Positions 24,011-37,817 of a stretch of 64,000 nucleotides of DNA are shown here, piece by piece. The position numbers were made by a program, and so were the translations under genes. Under the pieces are notes generated by a model. The model had not been told where the DNA came from and made no database searches. It worked only from the letters and a program-made list of their open reading frames with translations. Each line of letters opens with the position of its first letter. Position 1 is the first letter of the stretch. Origin of the DNA: Mustelus asterias (Eukaryota); contig NW_027590120.1 in assembly GCF_964213995.1 (NCBI RefSeq), positions 2,232,001 to 2,296,000 of the forward strand, given 5' to 3'.

Positions 24011-25839
24011 ATCCTTATATTTTCACGATTCACAAATATTCAGGTTACGATAAATTAGGTGACTTCATTTGAATCTGATGGGATGTTTGGTTTGAGTTTT
24101 CTGACTGCAAATCCTCCCCTTCTGATACCCCGTGGAATTGATCTCAGACAGTAAAATGGGAGCGAGAGAGAACTCACAAAAACAGGTTGTGAAATTGTGA
24201 ATGAATTTGGTGTTATATGGGGCTGACAGGAGGGAAAGGTGACCATGAAAGCTGTTGGATCTTTTGTGAAAAGTGATCAGGTTCAATCAGCTCCTTCAGG
24301 GAAGGGAGCCTGCCACTCGGTCTGAGTCTACACATAGATCTGCACGAACACAAGCAATAGGAGCAGGAGTAGACCATTTGGCCTGTTGAGCCGGCTCCAG
24401 CCATTCAACATGATCATGGCTGGTGTTGGTCTTCAATTCCACTTTCCCGCCAGCTCCCCATATCTTTCAGCTCCACCTCCACCGCCCCCCCCTCTCCCCA
24501 CCCCGCCCCACCCAAGAAACCAAAAATCTCTCCATCCCATCCTTAAACTTAACCAACGATGGAACATCTACCACCCTGGGCTAGAGAATTCAATGCGACA
24601 AGAGAGACAGAAAGAGTAAGAATGAGGGAAGTGGGTGGGAGAGACATGGGCAATGGAGAGGCATTTTATAGACCTAGAACAGAGCCACAATTTGATAGAA
24701 TCTCCGAAACCCTCAACCTCCACCACCTGGATGGACCAGGGCAGCAGGAGTATGCGGACACCATCACCTGCAAGCTCCCCTCTGAGCCACGCACCATCCA
24801 AATTCGTCTGACATTAGACCATAAGACCATAAGACATAGGAGCGGAAGTAAGGCCATTCGGCCCATTGAGTCCACTCCACCATTCAATCATGGTTGATTT
24901 CAACTCCATTTACCCGCTCTCTCCCCATAGCCCTTAATTCCTCGAGAAGAGTGAACCCATTGCACTCAGTTCCTCGCCAGCAACTCTATCCCTGTCCCTG
25001 CCAAATGAATGAGGCTGAACCAGACTTTTTTTTTTAAAGGTTATGTGCTTACTCGCATCAAATCTTGTTCGGCCATCACCGTAGAGCTTACCAGTCTACA
25101 AACACTTCCTTTTAAGAAGCACCAAATTTTTAAATTTCTCATTCCTGTTTACCTACATAGTTGCAATCATCCAAATTTATGTAATATTTCTCAGCCACAC
25201 AGGCTCTTAAGCATTTCCGATTTTAATCACTCTCCCAGTAATGACCTTTTTCATTTGTCCAAGTCACAAGCTCTGGAATTTCCTCCTTAAGCCGCTCTGA
25301 TTCTCCACCTCACTCTCCTTCGTTAAGACTACTCAAAACTGATGGCACAGTGGTTAGCACTGCTGTCTCATAGCGCCAGGGACTCAGGTTCAATTCCAGC
25401 CTCTGTGCAGAGTTTGCACATTTCCCCGATGTCTGCATGAGTTTCCTCCGGGTGCCCCAGTTTCCTCTCTCACTCCAAAGATGTGCAGGTTGGGATGAAT
25501 GGCTATGCTGCATTGCCCCTTCATGTCAGCAAGGTAAATACGTGGGGTTACGGGGATAGGGTCAAGGTGGGATTGTTGTTGATGCAGTCTCGATGGGCCC
25601 AATGGTTTGCACGACAGGGATTCTGTGATCTCGTCATTTGGCTCAGTGTCAATTGTTATTTTGTAACATTTCTCCGAATTGCCTTAAAACTTTTATTTTG
25701 TTGAAGACACAACATAAATAGAAATGATTGTCACTGCCCTGGCCATTTATCATTGTTCTGCCTCAATAATAAGAAACTGGAAGTGGAAGCGTGAAGCAGG
25801 TTGATTTCTCGTGGAAAAAATAATCAAAATTATTGCCCC

Positions 25840-26300
25840 CAACAAAGATGGCGGTTGCGCATGCGCCCTACCTGGTACCCGAATAAAACTGGCGGCTGCG
25901 CATGCGCTCTATCTACTGCGAGTGCCCGGATAAGGATGGCGGCCGCTAACCCAGCTCTGTGAGAAAAGCACTCCAGGGCGGGGGAACGGTCCCCGGGAAC
26001 CGGTGGGTTATTCTTTCTCATTTGCAATCTATATAACATGCTTACGAAGCGTATCCAGTCACTGACCTGATCCATCGCTCCCGCCATTCTCTTCTGGACC
26101 GATTGCAGATCGGAAAAAAAATCTTCCCCATTGCCCTTAATCACACTGCGCATGCCTCACTCAGCCTCGCCTCTCATGCATTCCGATTGGTCCTCCAGCC
26201 CCGCCCCCTCCTCCTATTGGTTGGAGCTGCTGTCAATCAGTCCCCGGGCATTGTGAGCTGTCGGGGTGAGAGGTCAGTGCCGGGGGGCCGGGGGATTACA
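25840..26300. promoter_or_regulatory. Bidirectional promoter-like module P4 between head-to-head ZF-E (-) and ZF-F (+)
   Basis: aagatggcgg, tgcgcatgcgc x2, ggatggcggc, actgcgcatgc, two attgg boxes, ccccgcccc; candidate donors on both strands (~26065 minus, ~26265 plus). Confidence 0.7.
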
Positions 26301-27559
26301 ATGAACATTCTCCACTCTCACTATCCACCGCTTCCGTTTTCTCCCCACAAACCACCTCCAATAAAGAGAGCAGGGGGGACACACTGACCGAGTGACAATG
26401 TCGCTGCATTAGTAATCCAGAGAGACAGCACAATGTTCTGGGGAGAGGGCTTCAAATCCATTCAATTCATACAATCTGCAATTTAAAGTTAGATTCAGTG
26501 ATGGTAATCATAGGATCCCTGCAGTACAGAAGACTATTCGGCCCATTGAATCTGCACCGACCTCAATCCCACCCAGGCCCTATTCCCGTAACCCCACACA
26601 TTTACCCTGCTAATCCCCCCTGACACTCGGGTCAATTTAGCATAGCCAATCAACCTAACCTGCATACCTTTGGACTGTGAGGAAACTGGAGTATCCGGAG
26701 GAAACCCACGCAAACATGGGGAGAAAATGCAAACTCCACACAGACAGTGATCCAAGCCGGGAATTGAACCCGGGTCCCTGATGCTGTGAGGCAAACCCAT
26801 TGTAAACCCCTGGTGACTGAGGCTCCTCTGAGAAAATCTCCACGCACACAGTTCTGGACGCAAGGTTAGAGTCATAGAGGTTTACGGCATGGAAACAGGC
26901 CCTTCGGCCCAAATTGCCCATGCCACCCTTTTTGTTTAAACCCCTAAACTACTCCCAATCGCTTGCATTTGGTCCATATCCCTCTATACCCATCTTACCC
27001 ATGTAACTGTTAACGTTAATGTCTGTTATTCTGTCTGGCCAGTCAGAGTGATTCAGATTCATGTTTGTCACAAGTAATGAATGAAATTATGCTCAATTTG
27101 TTATTTTTGTTAAAATTGTTTTTTTTTGTTAAATTTGTTAAAAGGATCTCGAAAGAATTGTCCAAAACTTAATTTGGATTTCCAGGGAGGAGGGAGAGTG
27201 TGTGGGATGGGGATATACAGATTTGAATTGTCTGTTGAGAATTTCTATCCTGGACTGACATTGGTTACATTTGTAAACTCCATTGACAACATATTAGAAG
27301 CTGAGGATTTGTGGAGAAAATATTCAATTTCGGATCAATTCAGGACCAAATTAATTTGGGGGAATGAAAGTGGAAAATATTCCACCAAATGAGAACTGTC
27401 TGTTCAGAATTTCTATCTTGTACTGACAGTGATGACTTTTCAAACTCCTTTATCAGGTTATTAGAAGCAGAGGATTTGGAGGTGGGAAACGCAAACCAAA
27501 CATCGCATCAATATCTGATACTCAATGAATCGGAGTGTGAGTATTATTGCCCTTTGAAT

Positions 27560-28194
27560 ATGGAGGGAAGATTGTTTTAACAGTTGCATAGTGTATAAAA
27601 CATTGCAATTGAAGCAGAGAGAATCCGTACACATGTACTGTGTACGAGGCTTGAGCTGATCATCCAACCTGGAGAGAAATAAGGACACCAGCATCACGGA
27701 GAAACTGTGTAAATGTGGAGATTGCGGAAAGGGATTCAAATACCCATCCTTGCTGGAAATTCAGTCACACTGGAGAGAAGCTGTTCACTTGTTCCGTATG
27801 TGAGAAGGGATTCACTCAGTCATCTGAGCTTCTGATACATCGGAGAGTTCATACTGGAGAAAAGCCATTCACCTGTTCTGTTTGTGGGAGGGGATTCATT
27901 CAGTTATCCCAGCTGCTGACACACCAGCGAGTTCACACTGGGGAGAGGCCATTCACCTGCTCTGTGTGTGAGAAGAGATTCACTAATTCATCAAACATTC
28001 TGACACACCAGCGAGTTCACACTGGCGAGAGACCATTCGTTTGTTCCATGTGTGAGAAAGGATTCAAAACTTCATCAAACCTGCTGACACACCAGCGAGT
28101 TGACACCCGGGAGAAGCCATTCACCTGTTCAGTGTGTGCGAGGGGATTCAGTCAGCTAGCCCACCTGCTGACACACCAGCAAGTTCACAAGTGA
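27560..28194 (+). pseudogene. C2H2 zinc-finger gene ZF-F, 5' part disrupted, ~5 intact finger units at 27770-28194
   Basis: MEG start followed by stops; TGA at 27657; restart codon is ACG (27696); frameshift at ~27760. Confidence 0.75.
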
Positions 28195-29588
28195 CTAAAG
28201 GGTTTGGATTCCACTGATGTTGCTGGCGTTCATCATACCCAGGACTGAACCATGTTCATTCTGACAATTCAGGTTTGTTTCTCTGATGTTACCAACCATA
28301 ATACTGGCTGGAGTTTAAGATTCTAGTTAATTAGCTGATTATGTTCTTGGACCTGCAGTCTCCCTTTAAGAATATGTGCCTGTGATCATTCCCCTGAATT
28401 CAGAGACTGAACTTGTGGCAATGTCACTGCATTAATAATCCAGAGAGGCAGCACAATGTTCTGGGGACAGGGCTTCAAATCAATTCCATTCATACAATCT
28501 GCAATTTAAAGTTAGTCTCAGTGGTGTTGACCAAGGCTCCTCTGAAAATATCTCCACACACCCAGCCCTGAACACAAGATTCAGATCCATGTTTTTCACA
28601 AGGCATGGATGAAATTATGTTCTGTTTGTTATTTTTGTTAAAATTGGTTATTCTTTTGTTAAATTTGTTAAAAATTTGGGAGCTTTTGGAACACTGCTCC
28701 TTCATCAGGTGAACACGCTCACCTAATGAAGGAGCAGTGCTCTGAAAGCTCGTGATACCAAATAAACCTGTTGGACTTTAACCTGGTGTTGTGAGACTTT
28801 GTACTTCTCCCTTATATACTCTATGAATGGTATGTTTTGTCTGTATAGGTTGCCAGAAACATTACTTTTCACATGTCACAATAAATCAAATCAATGTGTC
28901 ATCATCCTGGGCTCGGAACCAGGAGGAGGGAATGTTGTGACTTTCTCTGAATTGTTACAGCACAGAAAGAGGCCATTTGGCCCATTGTGTCTGTGCTGGC
29001 TCTCAGAATAAGCAATTCACTGAGAGCTATTCCCCTGCCTTTTCCGTCTAACCCGGTTCATTCATCCCCTTCCGATAACCAAATTCAGAGTTTGTATCCT
29101 GGACTGACAGTGATGGATTTTGGAAACTCCTTTTCTAAGGGGTTAAAAGGGGAGGATTAACACACAGCAAACTCAAACCAAGAGAAACGTTTGTTCTGAA
29201 TGTTATCCTGTCCTTACATTGACAGCTTTTCTAAAATCTTTTTTCCGCAGGGAGTTACAATCGGGAAACACTTGTCAATATCTGACATTCACTCGATTCA
29301 TCAGGAGCTGAATATCATCAACCTCTGAATGTGGAAGGAGAAATGTTTGTCTGTTCTGTTTGTGGGAAAAGAATTTCAAACATCAGTGTGACTAGAAAAG
29401 CACCAAGACACACACACACCTGAGTGAGAGTGTTCCAGTGAACTGACTGCGGAAAGAGCTTTAACCAGTTACACAGCCTGAAAAAACATCACACCATTCA
29501 CAGTGAGGAGAAACTGTACATGTGTTCTGTGTGTGGCCGAGGCTTCAACTGATCATCGAACCTGGAGAGACACAAGGACACTGGCACC

Positions 29589-30178
29589 ATGGAGAAACCA
29601 TGGAAATGTGGGGACTGTGGGAAGGGATTCAGTTGTCCTTCCCATCTGGAGGCTCATCGACGCAGTCACACCGGGGAACGGCCATTCACCTGCTCTGCGT
29701 GTGGGAAAGGATTCACTCGGTTATCCTGTCTTCAGACACACCATCTTGTTCATTCTGATAACAAACTTTTCACTTGCTCTGTCTGTGAGAACAGTTTTAA
29801 AAGGAAACCGGATTTGCTGACTCACCAACGCATTCACACCGGGCAGAGACCGTTCACCTGCTCTGCGTGTGGGAAGGGATTCACTCAGTCATCCAACCTG
29901 CAGACACACCAGCAAGTTCACACTGGAGAGAGACCGTCCACCTGCTCCGAGTGTGGGAAGGGATTCATTCACTCATCAATTCTGCTAAAACACCAGCGAG
30001 TTCACACGCGGGAGAGGCTGTTCACCGCTCCGATTGTGGGAAGGGATTCATTCAGTCATCCCACCTACTGAGACACAAACCAGTTCACACAGGGGAGAGG
30101 CCATTCACCTGCTCCCAGTGTGGGAAGAGATTCACTAATTCATCCCACCTACTGAGACACCAGCGAGTTCACAAGTGA
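29589..30178 (+). CDS. C2H2 zinc-finger protein ZF-G (5 fingers in frame; 1-nt deletion at ~30026 puts the last 2 out of frame)
   Basis: [14 protein letters not shown]... ORF 29589-30071; remaining fingers in ORF ending 30178; decayed upstream fingers at 29330-29588. Confidence 0.65.
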
Positions 30179-30249
30179 CAGCAGGGATTGGATTCTGCTG
30201 TTATGCTGCTGTTACTCACATCCTGGACTGAACCATGTTGATTCTAACT

Positions 30250-30665
30250 TTTTCAGCTTTTTCTGGAACGTAGGAGGCTGAGTGGTAATCTTATAGAGGT
30301 CGATAAAATAATGAGGGGCATAGATCAGCGAGATAGTCAATATCTTTTCCCAAAGGTAGGGGAGTCTAAATCTAGAGGGCATAGGTTTAAGGTGAGAGGG
30401 GAGAGAAACAAATGTGTCCAGAGGGGCAATTTCTTCACACAGAGGGTGGTGAGTGTCTGGAACAAGCTGCCAGAGGTAGTAGTAGAGGCGGGTACAATTC
30501 TGTCTTTTAAAAAGCATTTAGATAGTTACATGGGTAAGATGTGTATAGAGGGAAAAGGGCCAAATGTGGGCAATTGGGATTAGCTTAGGGGTTTAAAAAA
30601 AAGGTCAGCATGGGACAAGTTGGGCCGAAGGGCCTGTTTCCATGCTGTAAACCTCTATGACTATG
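30250..30665 (+). mobile_element. CR1 LINE 3' fragment in the ZF-G 3' region
   Basis: Same subfamily as 637-1050 (YLFPKVGESKSRGHRFK; tail ctctatgactatg). Confidence 0.9.
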
Positions 30666-31407
30666 TTAATAATCCCAAGAACTGAGCTGGAGTTTAAGAT
30701 TCTGAAAACACATGAAATAAACCAGCTCAGTGTCAAACACCCGGTGTGTTGCGTATTTGTTAAGAGACTAACTGAAATCCTGTTCTCGACTGTTCCATTT
30801 CTGGGTCTTCTCTCAGTTGAAGGAACATTTATATTTGTGTTGAGTCTTTCATGACATCAGGTTGTTCCAAAGCTTTCCTAGCCAATCAAATTCTTTTGAA
30901 GTTCAGACAATGTTGGAAATACAGCAGCTCATTTGCACAGCAAGATCCCATGGAAAATAATCCAGACAATGTATTTGAGTGATCTTGATTGAGGGATAAA
31001 GGTTGATCAAGACTCTTCCCCTGCTCTTTGAAATAGCATCAATGGATCTCTTATGCCTGACTGTTCAGTCTTACTTGGAACATAGGACCTCTGACAGTGC
31101 GGGGCTCCCTCAGTACTGCAGTGGAATGTCAGTCTGGAATTTCTGTTCACTTCTCTGGATTTGAAACCACAGCCTCCTGACTCAGATATGAGAAAGCAAC
31201 CACTGAGCCAAGACTAACACCTCATCATTACAGTGGATTATTTCAGTTTTCAAACCTCTGGTTACCCTCATGGACAAATCCCAGCTGCCCATTCCTTCAA
31301 GAGTGTCTCTCCTAGCCTGGATATCCTGAGGAGGTGTCGGTAACACAGCCATGTAGCTGTCCTCTGAGTGTTTAATGGCACAGTGTGGACACAAATCCAC
31401 AGGAAAT

Positions 31408-31610
31408 AGTCTCACAACACCAGGTTAAAGTCCAACAGGTTTATTTGGTAGCACTAGCTTTCCGAGCACCGCTCCTTCATCAGGTGAGTGCCCGATGAAG
31501 GAGCGGCACTCCGAAAGCTCGTGCTACCAAATAAACCCATTGGACTTTAACCTAGTGTTGTGAGACTACTTACTGTGCCTACCCCAGTCCAACACTGGCA
31601 ACTCCACATC
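31408..31610. mobile_element. Miniature Penelope-derived hairpin element
   Basis: agtctcacaacaccaggttaaagtccaa...ttggactttaacctagtgttgtgagact inverted arms; acaaatccacagg repeated on both flanks. Confidence 0.8.
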
Positions 31611-32726
31611 ACAAATCCACAGGGACAGTGAGAGTCTGATTCAATGTTGTACAAATCTGTTCAATATTTCATCCTTGGCTCTGAGTCTTTGGGTGATTAT
31701 TTAAATCTGATGTCCATTAGTTGCTGACTCATCGACTTGAGAAATAGTTTTTTCTCATTCACCTGATAAAATTTTGAACCCATCCCCAGATTTTCAATCA
31801 GTTCTCGTGAAAAGAACCCCAGTTTCTATAATCTTTCCTGATAACTAAAGCCTCTATTCCCTGTGATTGTCTCAGTGAATCTCTTCTGCACCCCTCATGA
31901 TTTTGAATGTTTCTATCAAATCTCCTCTCAGTCTTTTCTCCAAGTGAAAGAGTCCCAAATTCTCCAATCTGTCTTCATCACTGAAGTTTCTCATCCCTGG
32001 AATCATTCTCCTAAATCTGATTTTCCAGCCTTTGTTTTCTATTTCCATGTGGAAAGAATTGCTACAAGAACTGGAAAAACTCAGCATGTCTGCCCGCATT
32101 TATCAAGAGAGAAAGCAGAGTTAAGGTTTCAGGTCCTTTGACTTTTCGTCACAGTTGAAGAATTACTGCCCGATTTCACTCTGAGCTCCAATCTTTCACA
32201 CAATGTTCCCTTGTTCTTGATTCCCCCACCAGAGGAAATCATTTTTCCATATCTACCCAACTGAAAGGATAAACTGATTTTGGTCAGTTCCCTTTAATCT
32301 AGATCAGCACAAATTTCCCTTTTACATTCCAGGACCAGCAGCATTTCAGGAATGGTTTATAACAAGAAATTCACAATTTCCTATCCCATGAAGAAAAGGT
32401 TATGGTTATAACTTAATACTGGATTGGTGCTGAATCTGGACATGTAAAGCCAGGTTAAAGTTTAAAGTTGAGATCATTTTTTTAAAGGTGAGATCATGTA
32501 CTAGCGGACTCAAGAACAGCTTCTTCCCTGCCACCATCAGACTTTTGAATGGACCTACCACAATAAGCAGATCTCTCTCTACACCCTATCTGTAAGTGCA
32601 ACATTATATTCTGCAGCCTTTCCTTCTATGCTATGTACTCTATGAACGGTATTTATTGTCCGACCAGCATGCAAGAGATAACACTTTCACTGTATCCCAA
32701 TAAATGTGACAATAATAAATCAAATT

Positions 32727-33065
32727 TTTTCCACTTAGTAAGGAAGTTAAAACTAGAGGACACAGCCTCAAAATAAAGGGGGGTCGGTTTAAGACAGAGT
32801 TGAGGAGGAACTTCTTCTCCCAGAGGGTGGTGAATCTCTGGAATTCTCTGCCCACTGAGGTGGTGGAGGCTACCTCGCTGAATATGTTTAAAGCGCGGAT
32901 GGATGGATTCCTGATCGGTAAGGGAATTAAGGGTTATGGGGATCAGGCGGGTAAGTGGTACTGATCCACGTCAGATCAGCCATGATCTTATTGAATGGCG
33001 GGGCAGGCTCGAGGGGCTAGATGGCCTACTCCTGCTCCTATTTCTTATGTTCTTATGTTCTTATG
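32727..33065 (+). mobile_element. Very young CR1 3' end with (ttcttatg)n tail
   Basis: Almost identical to 55825-56155. Confidence 0.9.
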
Positions 33066-33559
33066 TAAATCAAAACAGAGAATTGTTACAATGATTAACC
33101 CGGAAGAATTGAAGACACAGAGGATAAGATAAACTTTGAAAGATTGAATATTCGAAGGTAAAGTAAAAGTATTTTTTTTATTAGTCACAAGTGGGCTTAC
33201 ATTAACACTGCAATGAAATTACTGTTAAAATCCCCCAGTCACCACACTCCGGCACCTTTTCGGGTACACTGAGGGAGAATTTAGCATGGCCAATGCACCC
33301 TAACCAGCATGTCTTTTGGACAGTGGGAAGAAACCGGAGCACCTGGAGAAAACCCACACAGACACGGGGAGAACATGCAGACTCTGCATAGAAAGTAACC
33401 CAAGCCGGAAATTGAACCTGGGTCCCTGGTGCTGTGAGGCAGCAGTGCTAACCACCGTGCCCACGCCCCTGGAGGGATGTGGGGAAGAAGGACTGATGAT
33501 ATGAAAATAGTAAGAAGTCTCACAACACCAGGTTAGAGTCCATCAGGTTTATCTGGAAC

Positions 33560-33595
33560 CATGAGCTTTCGGAGCGCTGCTCCTTCATCAGGTGA
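33560..33595 (-). ncRNA. Minimal (Penelope-type) hammerhead ribozyme motif
   Basis: Minus strand reads ucac-CUGAUGA-a-GGAGC-agc-GCUCC-GAAA-gcUC-aug: intact core and stem II, inside a Penelope-derived terminal repeat (33506-33595). Confidence 0.55.
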
Positions 33596-33729
33596 TATGA
33601 AAATACAAGCTGGACTGCAGTGAATGAACCTGAGTGAAGTGGTTCTGATCATGTTGAGGGTTTGTTGGGATGGTCACTCTCCTTTGTTCAGACACATGTC
33701 CCAACATCCAACTGCAAGACTTCTTTTCT

Positions 33730-34005
33730 GCACTGCCAGCGCAAGCGCAGTTTTCCCTTAGGTGACGTCATTGGAACAGCCTGTCAACGTGTTCGCGCAC
33801 GTGCAGATTCTGAGCTAATCGCGCAGTCGCAACCATGCGGTGACGCCATCACACGCACACCATTGTGGTGTCATCACGCCCACTTCCGGGGTTCCCACAG
33901 TGGCGGGAGTTTTGAAATCTCTCTCTCTGGTTTCTGATCTTTCCAGCTGCAGCTCCCAGAAGCAGATTTATCTTTAAAACAGCGGCATTGTTTCAGAGGC
34001 GAGTG
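33730..34005 (+). promoter_or_regulatory. CpG-rich promoter module P5 (upstream of ZF-H)
   Basis: gcgcaagcgca, tgacgtca (CRE), cacttccgg (ETS), GGCGG-N4-TTTGAA (33902-33916). Confidence 0.65.
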
Positions 34006-36763
34006 CTTGTGACCATTCCTCTGAAACTGAGAGTTTTTAGTGGTGTGTTCTGTTATCTGAGAGAGGTTCCACGTGTGGCTGGTCTGACTTCTTTACTGTG
34101 GATCATAGAATCATAGAAACCCTACAGTGCAGAAGGAGGCCATTCGGCCCATCGAGTCTGCACCGACCACAATCCCACTCAGGCCCTACCCCCACATATT
34201 TTACCCGATAATCCCTCTAACCTCCGCATCCCAGGACTCTAAGGGGCAATTTTTAACCTGGCCAATCAACCTAACCCGCACATCTTTGGATCTGAATCCA
34301 TGTCCATCCATTGCTCAGTTTTACCTCTGCCCTCCCTGATCACCTTTCTGTCATTGTCTAACTTCCCTCTGTCTCTAACGCTGGGTGTGTTTTAACTGTG
34401 TTTAATATTTTACTGTTAGATTGTCTAAATGAAGTTTCAACTGTTGTCCCTCCCCCGACTATGTATTGATGGTGATATTTGAATGCAGTCAAAAAATCTG
34501 GAATTTAAAGTCTACTGATGACCATGAAACCATTGTCGATTGTTGTAAAAAACCTATCTGGTTCACTAATGTCCTTTCGGGAAGAAGATCTGCTGTCCTT
34601 ACCTGGCCTGGCCTACATGTGACTCCAGATTTTCAGCAATGTGGTTGACTCTTATCTGTCTTCTGAAATGGCTGAGCAAGCCACTCAGTCCAAGGGCAAT
34701 TAGGGATGGGCAATAAATGCTGGCTCGTCCTTCTGTGAATGACTTTTTAAAAAAATTACTAGCTTTATCTTCCCACAGCATAGAATCATAGAATACCTAC
34801 AGTGCAGAAGGAGGCCATTCAGCCCATCAAGTTTGCACCAACAATAATCCCACCTAGGCCCTATCCCCATAACCTCACATATTTACCCTGCTAACCCCTC
34901 TGACAGTAATGGGCAATTTAGTTTGACCAATCCATCTTACCTGCACATTTTTGGAGTGTGGGAGGAAACCGGAGCACCCGGAGGAAACCCATGCCAGCAC
35001 AGGGAGAATGTGCAAACAGCACACTGACAGTCACCCAAGGCTGGAATTCAACCCGGATCCCTGGTGCTGTGAGGCAGCAGTGCTAACCACTGTGCCACCG
35101 TGCATCCTTCAGCATCAGGACGTTTTGTTTTTCCTGTAGTCAATTTCTCTTCCACTTCTGAGCTTATTGACCATCAAATCCTGCACCATTTTTATTCTCC
35201 AAATTTCATTCTGCAGTACCGTCCTGAATTGTTCATTCTGTCTCTTTCTCTCGCCACAGGCAGTACCCGGCCTGCTGAGTTAACAATTAACAATCAGCCA
35301 TGGTCGGAAATATTTGGGCAGATATCTAAAAGCTTGGTCAAAGAGGTAGATTTTAAAGAGGAAAGGGAGGTGGACAGCTGTAGAGAGCGAGGAGGCTAGA
35401 ATTAGAGGAGTGGCGATTTGGTCAGCATTGTGCATCTGGAGGAGATTATAGAGATCATGAGAGTCAAGGCCATGGAGAGATTTGAAAAAGCATTTCAACA
35501 ATTAAGGTGGTGTCTTAACCAGAAGCTTGTGAGGGTAAGATGAGGGTTTCAGTGGACAATGAGATGAGGCAAAGGTGAAGTTTGATGATACTCTGACCAA
35601 AATAGGATTCTAATGATGACATGGAAATGTGGTCAGAAACTCATCTTGGGGTCCAATATGAGGGAAGGTGGTGGTGTTATTATTCATTCATGGGACGTGG
35701 TCATTGCTGGCTGACCAGCATTTATTGCCCATCCCTAATTGCCTGAGGGCAGTTGAGAGTCAAGCACATAGCTGTAGCTCTGGAGTCATGTGTAAGCCAG
35801 ACGGAGTAAGGATGGCAGATTTCCAAATAGGTTTTTACAACAATGGTTACATGGTCATCGGTAGATTCTTAATTCCAGCTAATTTTTTTGTTTATTGAAT
35901 TCAAATTCCATCACTTTCCGTGGTGGGATTCGAACCCGGGCCTCCAGAACGTTGGCTGAGTTTCTGGATTAATAGTCTAGTGACAATACCACTTGGCCAT
36001 CAACTCCCCGTAATGGTATTGTCGCTGGACTAGGAGCCCAGAGACTCAGGCCAAGATCTGGGGGCCATTTGAATTCAATAAAAATAAAATTTAAAAAGGC
36101 TAATGACAATTGTCGTAGCAACCCATCTTGGTTCACTGATATCCTTTAGGGAAGGAAATCTGCCATCCTTATTTGGCAATATGGTTAGGGATGGACAATA
36201 AACATTGGCAATGCTCACATCCCATTAATTAAAAAAAACACACAATGATACAGATTGGTTCTGCCACAGTTGTGAGGAAAAGTCAGCAGCCAGGAATTGG
36301 ACAATGTCTTCAGATTTCCCAGTTTATTATTGGTGGACTGGTGTCAAATTAAACATCAGGCTGATGTGCAGGGCAACTTGGAGGTGATGTTCACATATAG
36401 CTGCTTCCCCTAGTCATTCTAGACTGTGGAGATTGAGGGTTTGGGATATTCTGTCACTGTTCCTGTCAAGTTGTACACATATAAAAAATCTCTACTTCGC
36501 TCTGCCTCTCTCACCTCTTTCTCTCTCATCCCATTGCTGTGGCAATTTTCCTGCCCTCATGTTGGTTCCATAAACCAGCAGATCCATTCCGTTCAATTTT
36601 ACAAACTGCCTTTGTGATCTTGTGGGTTTTCTCATTCTCTCTTTTTTTCTGTTTTAAATCTCTCAGAATATTTGAAGAGAAGGATTTGCAGTCGGGACAT
36701 TCAAACCCACAGCAGAATCTGACAGAATTACCCAATTTATCGTAACCCGACTATCATTTTACT

Positions 36764-37817
36764 TTGAACATGGATGAAAAAAGCACCATTCACAGTGGAG
36801 AGAAACCGTTTATGTGTGCTGTGTGTGGACAGGGCTACAGTCGATCATCTGGCCTGTCGAAACACAAACGCAGTCACACTGGAAAGAAGTTGTGTAAATG
36901 TGGGGACTGTGGGAAGGAATTTAATTTCCCATCTGAGCTGGAAATGCAGTGACGCTGTCACACCGGGGAAAAGCTGTTTAACTGCTCCGAGTGTGGGAAG
37001 GGATTTAATCGCAATGCGCATCTGCACCAACACCAGCGCGTTCACACGAGGGAGAGACCATTCACTTGCTCAGTGTGTGAGAAGGGATTTACTAGTTCAT
37101 CTATCCTGCTGAGACACAAGCAGGTTCATACAGACGAAAGACCTTTCAAATGCGCAGAGTGCGGGAAATGCTTTAAAAGTTCGAGGGAACTGATGAGCCA
37201 TCGGGGCGGCACGGTAGCACAGTGGTTAGCACTGCTGCTTCACAGCTCCAGGGTCCCGGGTTCGATTCCCGGCTCGGGTCACTGTCTGTGTGGAGTTTGC
37301 ACATTCTCCTCGTGTCTGCGTGGGTTTCTTCCGGGTGCTCCGGTTTCCTCCCACAGTCCAAAGATGTGCAGGTTAGGTTGATTGGCCAGGTTAAAAATTG
37401 CCCCTTAGAGTCCTGAGATGCGTAGGTTAGAGGGATTAGCGGGTAAAAATATATGTGTGGGGGTAGGGCCTGGGTGGGATTGTGGTCGGTGCAGACTCGA
37501 TGGGCTGAATGGCCTCCTTCTGCACTGTAGGGTTTCTATGATTCTATGAACTCATTCACTCTGATGAAAGACCGTTCAGGTGCTCTCACTGTGAGGCTGG
37601 GTTCAAGCATTCGTATCAACCCTCTCTCCACCAGCGCACTCACACTGGGGAGAGGCCGTACACCTGCTCCCAGTGTGGGAAGAAATTCACTCAGCCATCC
37701 CATCTTCGGTTACACGAACGAGTTCACTCTGGGGAGAAACCATTCACTTGCGCTGTCTGTAAGAAGAAATTTGCTCATTCATCCCATATGTTGAAACACC
37801 AGCGAGGTCACAAGTAA
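36764..37817 (+). pseudogene. C2H2 zinc-finger pseudogene ZF-H
   Basis: [14 protein letters not shown] start, TGA at ~36950, SINE inserted in a finger; array resumes to HQRGHK*. Confidence 0.85.
37202..37548 (+). mobile_element. Full-length HE1-type SINE inside the ZF-H exon
   Basis: Splits agccatc|aactcattcac; A/B boxes intact. Confidence 0.92.

Noticed and set aside
29389-29395. TGA-CTAG readthrough motif upstream of ZF-G
   Set aside because: It is out of frame with the downstream fingers, and paralogues read TGACTGG/TGGCTGG.
29439-29441. In-frame TGA at a zinc-ligand Cys codon (also ~15225, minus) suggesting selenocysteine
   Set aside because: The neighbouring upstream fingers carry other stops and indels, paralogue ZF-J has TGC, and no SECIS was recognised. 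Simple shared decay is more likely.
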